Positions 57,695 through 64,000 of a stretch of DNA of 64,000 nucleotides are shown here, one piece after another. The stretch spans positions 6,806-70,805 of the forward strand of contig JBBTUX010000002.1 in the NCBI GenBank assembly GCA_038063555.1, in the 5' to 3' direction. Each line of letters starts with the position of its first letter. Within the stretch, counting starts at the first letter, position 1. Below the pieces are notes generated by a model. That model searched no databases. It saw only the letters and a list, made by a program, of their open reading frames with translations, and had not been told where the DNA came from. The DNA comes from Patescibacteria group bacterium (GTDB lineage: Bacteria; Patescibacteriota; Minisyncoccia; Phycocordibacterales; JAKFXT01). The position numbers were made by a program, and so were the translations under genes.

Positions 57695-58084
57695 ATGTCG
57701 CCAATAGAAATCAGAAAATCTGAAATAGAAGGAAAAGGAGTATTCGCAGCCCGCAACATCGAGAAGGGCGAGCATGTGTATTCCTATCCAAGTGGTAAAA
57801 TTATTGGCGCATCTGATATCTTGCGAATTCCAGAGAATGATAAGCGGTACTTGGACAAGATTGGAGATGGTAAGTTCGAGATTATTGAACCACCAGCACG
57901 ATACGTAAATCATTCGTGTAATCCGAATATTGAAGAAAAAGACAGAAAGGCATTTGCCCTAAGGGATATAAAACGAGGTGAAGAGATAACAATTGATTAT
58001 GATAAGATTGCCTATATTGAAAAGCCGTTTAAATGCCAATGTGACTCAAAGAATTGCAGGAGATTAGTGCGGGGGAAGCAATAA
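57695..58084 (+). CDS. SET-domain protein (putative protein-lysine N-methyltransferase)
   Basis: It has ...GKGVFAARNIEKGE..., NHSCNPN and a post-SET-like CQCDSKNCRR. The start is set at the ATG with a GGAAG RBS, after the secA stop. Confidence 0.6.
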   Translation: MSPIEIRKSEIEGKGVFAARNIEKGEHVYSYPSGKIIGASDILRIPENDKRYLDKIGDGKFEIIEPPARYVNHSCNPNIEEKDRKAFALRDIKRGEEITIDYDKIAYIEKPFKCQCDSKNCRRLVRGKQ

Positions 58085-58098
58085 GAAATAAAATTGTC

Positions 58099-58518
58099 AT
58101 GGGAAATAAAAGAAAAGTCTCGATATTAATTCCTTATAAAATCAGAAAGGGGAACACTCTAGTTTTTCTTCAGAAACGTTCAAAAGATGCCAAAAGACTT
58201 CCTGATTATTTTGGATTTTTTGGTGGAGGAGCGGAAGGAAATGAAAATCCGGAAGACGCTCTGAGGAGGGAAATCAAAGAAGAGTTGAATTACATACCAA
58301 CGGGTTACAGATTTCTTAAGAAGTATGATTTTACAGGTAGTATTAAAGATATATTTTTTCTTGAAGTAAGCAATGATTTTGAAAAGGAGATAACTGTTTT
58401 GGAGGGAGATTATGGAAAATGGTTTTCCGAAAGAGAATTTGAGAAAGAACAAAAATTAATTGAGGAAGATAAAATTGTTTTACGAGATTTATTCAAATTA
58501 CTAAAAAATGAAAAATAA
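58099..58518 (+). CDS. NUDIX hydrolase
   Basis: It has the Nudix box GGGAEGNENPEDALRREIKEELN. Confidence 0.65.
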   Translation: MGNKRKVSILIPYKIRKGNTLVFLQKRSKDAKRLPDYFGFFGGGAEGNENPEDALRREIKEELNYIPTGYRFLKKYDFTGSIKDIFFLEVSNDFEKEITVLEGDYGKWFSEREFEKEQKLIEEDKIVLRDLFKLLKNEK

Positions 58519-58828
58519 ATTTGTACAAATTCAAACTACAGTTGCCAATAAAAAAGACGCTGAAAAGATTGCCAAAGTATTGAGTCAGAGAAAATTATCT
58601 GCTTGCACGCAAATAATTGGCCCAGTCACAAGTATTTATCGATGGAAAGGAAAATTGGAAAACTCTAAAGAATTTTTAATTCTAATAAAAACAAAATTAA
58701 ATCTCTATAAAAAAGTAGAGAAAGTAATCAAAGAAAATCATCCTTACGAATTACCCGAAATTATCGTTACCCCCATTATTGCTGGAAGTAAAGAATACTT
58801 AAACTGGTTAAACAAAGAGATAAAATAA
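58508..58828 (+). CDS. cutA: CutA1 divalent-cation-tolerance protein (PII-like fold)
   Basis: At 106 aa it carries ...TQIIGPVTSIYRWKGK...SKEFLILIKT..., typical of CutA. Confidence 0.6.
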   Translation: MKNKFVQIQTTVANKKDAEKIAKVLSQRKLSACTQIIGPVTSIYRWKGKLENSKEFLILIKTKLNLYKKVEKVIKENHPYELPEIIVTPIIAGSKEYLNWLNKEIK

Positions 58829-58832
58829 AAGT

Positions 58833-59096
58833 ATGGAAAATTTTGAACAAAGAATACAAAAAATTGAGGAGAGAAACGAAAGGGTGGAAAAGGACAAAGC
58901 TTGGGAAACAAGTTGGACTCGAAAAATTGTCCTAGCCATTTTTACATACTTAGTCATAGGCCTGTTTTTGTGGGTAATTGAAATCCAAAAACCATGGCTT
59001 AATGCTCTAGTTCCAACAGCCGGTTTTCTAATCTCAACCCTGACCATACCGTTATTCAAAAAAGTTTGGTTAAAATACACAGAAAATGGAAAATAG
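58833..59096 (+). CDS. Hypothetical small membrane protein (2 TM helices)
   Basis: This 87-aa protein has two hydrophobic helices and overlaps the next gene by 11 nt. Confidence 0.35.
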   Translation: MENFEQRIQKIEERNERVEKDKAWETSWTRKIVLAIFTYLVIGLFLWVIEIQKPWLNALVPTAGFLISTLTIPLFKKVWLKYTENGK

Positions 59097-59511
59097 TATA
59101 GAAGTAAAAACAAGTGCTGGTGGGGTAGTGGTAAATAAAAATGGGGAAGTCCTTGTGGTGAATCAAAACGGAAATTCTTGGTCTTTGCCAAAAGGACACA
59201 TCGAAGATGGTGAAGAAGTTTTGACTGCCGCTAAAAGGGAAATTTATGAAGAGTCGGGGATTAGTGAATTAGAGCTAGTTCGTGAGCTGGGTAAATACAG
59301 AAGAACAGCAATAGATAAGGACGGCAAGGGGGAAATCGTCTCAATAATGAAAGAAATAATAATTTTCTATTTCAAAACCAAACAAATGGATTTAAAGCCA
59401 ATTGATAAGGATAATCCAGAGGCAAAATGGGTTTCAAAAGATGAGGTATCTAGTATTTTGACACATCCGAAAGACAAGGAATTTTTCTTAAGTATTAAGA
59501 ATCAAATATGA
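59086..59511 (+). CDS. NUDIX hydrolase
   Basis: It has the Nudix box GHIEDGEEVLTAAKREIYEESGI. Confidence 0.65.
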   Translation: MENSIEVKTSAGGVVVNKNGEVLVVNQNGNSWSLPKGHIEDGEEVLTAAKREIYEESGISELELVRELGKYRRTAIDKDGKGEIVSIMKEIIIFYFKTKQMDLKPIDKDNPEAKWVSKDEVSSILTHPKDKEFFLSIKNQI

Positions 59512-60128
59512 AAAGAATAAATGGAAAAGTTGCCGATAAAGTTGTTGAACTTGGTAAATTGGTTTTACAATTTGCAAGAGTAAATAGAATCACTCTTTAT
59601 GAGGATGGTGTTACACCAGAATCTGACACAGACCATACCGTAATGCTTTCACTTATTGCTTGTGCTGTCGCATCAGAATATAAAAAAGATTTAGATTTGG
59701 GATTAGTTGCTCAATTTGCCCTAGTTCATGATTTTGTAGAGGTTTACACGGGAGACATTCCTAATATTCATGGAAAAATGATTGATAAAAGACACTTGAA
59801 GAAAAAGGAACTTGAACAAAAAGCCTTAAAAAGATTAGAAAAAAACTTCAAAAAAGTTTTACCTTGGCTTTCAAAGACCATAAAAAAGTATGAAAAAATG
59901 GATACTAAAGAAGCCCGTTTTGTTAAGATTTTAGATAAAGCGATGCCTAAAATAACACATTCGCTTAATAAAATGAAAGCTTTAAAAATACGTGGTTTTG
60001 ACAAGAAAATGGCAGAAGATACTTTAAGAGACCAAATAATATCCATAGAAAAAAGTTATGGAAAAGACCAAAAAGAAGCGATAGACATAATGAAATTATT
60101 AGCAAAAAAATCTTTATCCGCTTTTTAA
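59508..60128 (+). CDS. HD-domain phosphohydrolase (YfbR-like 5'-deoxynucleotidase family)
   Basis: It has ...SDTDHTVMLSLIA... and ...LVHDFVEVYTGDIP..., which are the HD motifs. Its 4-nt overlap with the upstream gene makes an ATGA junction. Confidence 0.55.
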   Translation: MKRINGKVADKVVELGKLVLQFARVNRITLYEDGVTPESDTDHTVMLSLIACAVASEYKKDLDLGLVAQFALVHDFVEVYTGDIPNIHGKMIDKRHLKKKELEQKALKRLEKNFKKVLPWLSKTIKKYEKMDTKEARFVKILDKAMPKITHSLNKMKALKIRGFDKKMAEDTLRDQIISIEKSYGKDQKEAIDIMKLLAKKSLSAF

Positions 60129-60173
60129 ATTCTCTATTCCAATGTTCTCAAGAACATTGGAATAGAGAATTTT
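60127..60173. repeat. Palindrome P4 of family B: 22-bp arms AAATTCTCTATTCCAATGTTCT / AGAACATTGGAATAGAGAATTT with a 2-nt spacer
   Basis: I read it directly. It overlaps the HD-gene stop and lies 19 nt upstream of the second ArsR-like gene. Confidence 0.9.
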
Positions 60174-60191
60174 TAGTGATATTATAGAGTT

Positions 60192-60461
60192 ATGAAAAAC
60201 TTTAGGAAACTGGAAAGGGTAGTGAAAGGATTTTCCAATCACCGAAGAATTGAAATTTTAGAATTGTTAAAAAGAAAACCGGAACTTTCCGTCGTTGAAA
60301 TTGCTGAAGAGTTGAAAATCAATTTCAAAACAGCTTCCGAGCACATAAGAAGATTGGCCATTGCTGGACTTGTAATCAAACGCTCCGAAGGTCCTGCTGT
60401 CCGTCACAAACTCACCCCCACCGGAATCTCTATTCTAATGTTCTTAAGAACATTAGAATAG
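60192..60461 (+). CDS. ArsR/SmtB-like winged-helix HTH transcriptional regulator, a paralog of 567-833
   Basis: At 89 aa it carries ...SNHRRIEILELL... It is about 50% identical to the first copy. Its 3' end encodes FLRTLE* inside palindrome P5. Confidence 0.6.
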   Translation: MKNFRKLERVVKGFSNHRRIEILELLKRKPELSVVEIAEELKINFKTASEHIRRLAIAGLVIKRSEGPAVRHKLTPTGISILMFLRTLE

Positions 60462-60465
60462 AGAT
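60426..60465. repeat. Palindrome P5 of family B: a perfect 40-bp palindrome ATCTCTATTCTAATGTTCTT|AAGAACATTAGAATAGAGAT
   Basis: I read it directly. It covers the last 11 codons and the stop of the ArsR-like gene and shares its core with P4. Confidence 0.9.
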
Positions 60466-60654
60466 TTAGGAAAATAAATAATAATACTTATAAATACTTG
60501 CACGATAAACAAGAGATATGAGAAACTAGACGGAACCTGTCCCGTTAGAAGTCGCGGACACCAAAACATAATTTTATTAAATCAGTTATATCAATTATCA
60601 AAAATCATTGTAGTAAATGCGGAGTATTAATTTCCGTGTCCTACTTCTAATGGG

Positions 60655-61224
60655 ATGAATACACAAAAAGATTTTATAGTCATAGGAGTAACGGGAGAAC
60701 CCTCATCTGGAAAAGATACCTTTGCCCAAATTATTGAAGAAAAAGGATTCCACCACATTTCAGGGGGTGATTTTTTACGAGAAGAGGCTAAGAAAATAGG
60801 AGTGCCTCTTGATAGAACGAGTATAACTAACTTTGTTATGAAAATGAGAAAAGAAAAAGGTCTTCAATATCCAATGGATATTGTTATAGAAAATGTTTTT
60901 AATAACACTGTTATTTCTGGCATGAGAAATACGACTGAAGTGGATTTACTTAAAAATACGTTTGGTAATAAATTTTATATGGTTGCTGTTACGGCAACGC
61001 CAGAAATTCGGTATGAGCGTATGAAAAAGCGCGGCAGAATTGGGGATGAAGTAACGTTTGAGATCTTTAAAAAAGAAGAATCCGTAGAGAAACGTGGCGG
61101 CTCTGGTACTCATGAACTTAGTAAAGTTATAGAAAATGCAGATTATAAAATTGACAATAGTGGAAGTGGAGAAGAATTTAAAAAGAAAGTTGATGAATGG
61201 TTTAGGGGTATAATCAAAAGATGA
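60655..61224 (+). CDS. P-loop nucleotide/nucleoside kinase-like protein
   Basis: It has Walker A GVTGEPSSGKDT and is about 190 aa, a size typical of small NMP/dephospho-CoA-kinase-like enzymes. Confidence 0.4.
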   Translation: MNTQKDFIVIGVTGEPSSGKDTFAQIIEEKGFHHISGGDFLREEAKKIGVPLDRTSITNFVMKMRKEKGLQYPMDIVIENVFNNTVISGMRNTTEVDLLKNTFGNKFYMVAVTATPEIRYERMKKRGRIGDEVTFEIFKKEESVEKRGGSGTHELSKVIENADYKIDNSGSGEEFKKKVDEWFRGIIKR

Positions 61225-62516
61225 GTATAAAAAAGATAAAAAATTATGATGAATTGGCACGAAACGATTTGCGTAAAGAAGCATTGTCTATTGTTGAATC
61301 TGGTTTACAGGCAATTGACACCAAAAGAGCTATTGAGAGGTTTGTAAAAATTACTGATGGAGAAATATCAGTCATTGGTCAAAAGTTTAATTTAGATAAA
61401 AAAGGACGCATTTTTGTTATAGGGGTTGGTAAATGTTCATTGGATTCGGCTGAGGTGTTGGAAAAATTATATGGAGATTATATTTATAAAGGAATGGTTA
61501 TAGATATTAGGTGTAATACAGAATTAAAAAAAATAAAATCATGCGAAGGCGACCATCCTTTTCCAAGTCAGAGAAATGTTGATTTGACGAGTGAAATGAT
61601 TGAAATGTTAAAAGAAGTTACAAAGGACGATTTGGTTTTAGCCATAATCTCCGGCGGTGGATCAACTCTTTTGTGTAACCCAGTTAATTTTACTTGTGTT
61701 GATGAATCAAATATTATTCAATGCCTTTTTCGAGGTGGAGCAAATATTCAAGAGATTAATATGATTCGAAAACATCTTTCTCTGGCTAGAGGAGGAAACC
61801 TTGCTAAGGCGTGTTACCCAGCACAAGTGGCCGTATTAATTTTTTCTGATGTTATAGAGAATGATTTAAATTCAATAGCTTCAGGACCTTTTATTAAAGA
61901 CAATTCTTTGGTTGATGAAGCGCGAGAGACACTTAAAAAATATGATATTGATAAAAGATGTTCTTTTGATGCCACCAATTTAATGGAAACTCCAAAAGAA
62001 GATAAGTATTTTGAAAAAGTTCATCACATAATTCTTGTTTCAAATGAAATTGGACTTTTGGCTATGAAAAAAGAATCAGAAAAGTTGGGGTATGACGCGT
62101 ATGTCTCCGCAAGTTATTTAATAGGAGAAGCTTCAATTTGCGGAGAGAGAATAGTAAAAGAATTACATAATAAAACAAACAAAACAGTTTTACTTTATGG
62201 AGGTGAAACAACGGTGCGTATAAAAGGAAGTGGAAAGGGTGGTCGTAATCAAGAATTAATTTTAGGCGCTTTCACTAAAGTTAAAGAAAATGAATGCATA
62301 GTTTCATTTGCTTCAGATGGTAGGGATAACACCGAGGTTGCTGGTGCCATTTGTGATATAATCAGCATAGAGACAGCAAAAACAAAAAAACTTTTGCCGA
62401 AAAAATATTTAGATAACAACGATTCATTTCCTTTTTTTGCTGAACTCAACGACCACATTATTACCGGACCGACCGGCTCGAATGTTGCCGATTTCGTTAT
62501 TGCTTTAAAGCGTTAA
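61221..62516 (+). CDS. Glycerate kinase (MOFRL family, glycerate 2-kinase-like)
   Basis: It has ...LAIISGGGSTLL... and ...GGETTVRIKGSGKGGRNQE..., characteristic of DUF4147/MOFRL glycerate kinases. Confidence 0.5.
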   Translation: MSIKKIKNYDELARNDLRKEALSIVESGLQAIDTKRAIERFVKITDGEISVIGQKFNLDKKGRIFVIGVGKCSLDSAEVLEKLYGDYIYKGMVIDIRCNTELKKIKSCEGDHPFPSQRNVDLTSEMIEMLKEVTKDDLVLAIISGGGSTLLCNPVNFTCVDESNIIQCLFRGGANIQEINMIRKHLSLARGGNLAKACYPAQVAVLIFSDVIENDLNSIASGPFIKDNSLVDEARETLKKYDIDKRCSFDATNLMETPKEDKYFEKVHHIILVSNEIGLLAMKKESEKLGYDAYVSASYLIGEASICGERIVKELHNKTNKTVLLYGGETTVRIKGSGKGGRNQELILGAFTKVKENECIVSFASDGRDNTEVAGAICDIISIETAKTKKLLPKKYLDNNDSFPFFAELNDHIITGPTGSNVADFVIALKR

Positions 62517-62562
62517 AACGCACGAATTTTAGAGCCCTTAGGAAATTTTTAATAAAAGTTTT

Positions 62563-64000
62563 ATGTTAGACAGAGAAAAATCTTTAGTTCTTTGGTTTGA
62601 CCAAGTCGGCATCGTGGACGTACCGCTTGTCGGCGGGAAAAACGCTTCGCTTGGAGAGATGTATTCCAATTTAAATCCGATGGGAATAAATATTCCGAAC
62701 GGTTTTTGCATTACGGCTTACGCTTACAGACATTTTCTGGAAAAGGCCGGCATTAAAGAAAAGATACAACAACTTTTGAAAGGACTGGACACCGGCAATT
62801 TGCGGGAGTTGGAGCGCGTGGGAGAAGCGGTGCGCGACACTATTCTAAGAGCCAAATTGCCGGAAGATTTGAATAAAGAAATAATTAAGGGTTATATAAA
62901 TTTAAGCTTGGCCTATAATGAAAAAAATGTGGATGTGGCCGTGCGCTCCAGTGCCACCGCCGAAGATTTGCCGGGGGCTTCGTTTGCCGGAGAGCAAGAA
63001 ACTTATTTGAATATTTCGGGAAATGAAGATTTGCTATTTTCGGTCAAAAAATGCTTCGCCTCGCTTTTCACCAATCGCGCTATTTCTTATAGACAAGACA
63101 AGGGATTTGCGGGTTTTGACGCGGCGCTTTCGGTTACAGTGCAAAAAATGGCGCGCTCTGACATGGCTTGTTCGGGTGTGATGTTTACGCTTGACACCGA
63201 AACCGGTTTTGAAGACGTGGTGGTTATCAATGGTTCATACGGTTTGGGGGAGATGATTGTGCAAGGCGCGGTGACGCCGGATGAATTCACGATTTTTAAA
63301 CCGGGGCTAAAGCGCGGACTTCCAGCTTTAATCGGCAAGGACCTTGGCAAGAAAGACCAAAAAATGATTTACGCCGCGCACGGCATAAAAAAAGTTCCGG
63401 TTTCCAAAAGCGACCAGGAAAAATTTTGTTTAACCGACCAAGAGGTTTTGACGCTGGCCGAATGGGGAGTAAAAATTGAAGAGTATTTTTCCAAGAAAGT
63501 AGGCCATTTTCAGCCGATGGATATGGAGTGGGCCAAGGATGGTAAAACCAATAAACTTTTCATTGTGCAGGCGCGTCCCGAAACGATTCACGCCGGCAAG
63601 AAAAAAGATGTTTACGTGGAGTATAAACTTTTAGAACAAGGGAAAAAATTGGTGGCGGGGACCGCCATTGGCACCAAGCTTGCAACGGGTCCGGTGCGGG
63701 TTATTCGCGATGTAAAGAATATTCATCAGTTTCAAAAAGGCGAAGTACTGGTAACCGAAATTACCGACCCCGACTGGGAGCCCATAATGAAAATTGCTTC
63801 GGCCATTGTGACTGATAAAGGCGGACGCACCTCCCACGCGGCCATAGTTTCCCGCGAGCTCGGTATTCCGGCCATTGTGGGCACCGAAAACGCCACTGCC
63901 AAACTTCACGATAAGCAGATGGTGACGATTGATTGCTCGGGCGGTAAAGAGGGAGTGGTTTATGAGGGGAAATTGAAATTTGAAGTTATTGAGCATGAAC
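62563..64000 (+). CDS. ppsA: Phosphoenolpyruvate synthase / pyruvate-water dikinase, N-terminal fragment (runs off the window end)
   Basis: It has MLDREKSLVLWFDQVGIVDVPLVGGKNASLGEM..., a PEP-utilisers N-terminal ATP-grasp, and later ...GGRTSHAAIVSRELGIPAIVG... from the phospho-His domain. The frame stays open to 64000. It is GC-richer than the flanks. Confidence 0.85.
   Translation, partial: MLDREKSLVLWFDQVGIVDVPLVGGKNASLGEMYSNLNPMGINIPNGFCITAYAYRHFLEKAGIKEKIQQLLKGLDTGNLRELERVGEAVRDTILRAKLPEDLNKEIIKGYINLSLAYNEKNVDVAVRSSATAEDLPGASFAGEQETYLNISGNEDLLFSVKKCFASLFTNRAISYRQDKGFAGFDAALSVTVQKMARSDMACSGVMFTLDTETGFEDVVVINGSYGLGEMIVQGAVTPDEFTIFKPGLKRGLPALIGKDLGKKDQKMIYAAHGIKKVPVSKSDQEKFCLTDQEVLTLAEWGVKIEEYFSKKVGHFQPMDMEWAKDGKTNKLFIVQARPETIHAGKKKDVYVEYKLLEQGKKLVAGTAIGTKLATGPVRVIRDVKNIHQFQKGEVLVTEITDPDWEPIMKIASAIVTDKGGRTSHAAIVSRELGIPAIVGTENATAKLHDKQMVTIDCSGGKEGVVYEGKLKFEVIEHE

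Noticed and set aside
504-60465. I considered whether the recurring palindromes could be CRISPR repeats or integron attC sites.
   Set aside because: There are only 3+2 copies, they are not regularly spaced, and they have no repeat-spacer architecture. Each is a perfect self-palindrome, whereas attC sites are imperfect with extrahelical bases. No cas or intI gene is present.
1-64000. I looked for transposase/IS elements, prophage genes, tRNA or rRNA genes.
   Set aside because: No transposase-, integrase- or phage-structural-like ORFs were seen. No tRNA-like GTTCGAATC T-loop contexts were found by eye in intergenic regions. A proper tRNAscan/Infernal run is still needed.

Overview
This window reads as a low-GC, gene-dense bacterial chromosome segment of roughly 33-35% GC, interrupted by GC-rich islands. 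It resembles a small-genome, Patescibacteria/CPR-like organism; that is an inference from composition and gene content, not something I could prove here. Housekeeping anchors are a murC 3' fragment, rsmI, murB, secA and a ppsA 5' fragment. Three things dominate the window:

- **DGR cassette at 0.5-4.2 kb.** A diversity-generating retroelement with a 671-aa target protein whose C-terminal 118 bp (the VR) is paralogous to an adenine/AAY-rich template repeat (TR) 300 bp downstream, followed by a DGR-type reverse transcriptase carrying the GIPLGNLTSQ and YADD motifs. It is bracketed by three copies of a perfect 38-48 bp palindrome family and preceded by a small ArsR-like winged-helix regulator. 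The VR/TR pair is only about 64% identical, with many non-adenine differences, and the RT looks clipped at both ends, so the element may be degenerate or its template may serve a target elsewhere.
- **Cell-surface glycan locus at 9.7-53.4 kb (about 44 kb).** It carries at least ten GT4 glycosyltransferases, GT2 and GT9 enzymes, GT-C-like membrane proteins, a polyprenyl-phosphate sugar transferase, epimerases/dehydratases, AsnB, several SAM methyltransferases, a sugar C-methyltransferase, a radical-SAM enzyme, a Wzx flippase and a Wzy-like/TPR protein. It also holds a 3-deoxy-ulosonic-acid module: a DAHP-synthase-like aldolase plus KdsC and KdsB. The KdsC/KdsB stretch and the radical-SAM stretch sit in sharply GC-richer islands.
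- **Tightly overlapping SET-NUDIX-CutA-NUDIX-HD operon at 57.6-60.1 kb.** Downstream of it lies a second ArsR-like gene flanked by its own perfect palindromes.

I did not see a CRISPR array, tRNA/rRNA genes or transposases. One promoter-equipped, structured intergenic RNA candidate lies upstream of murB.
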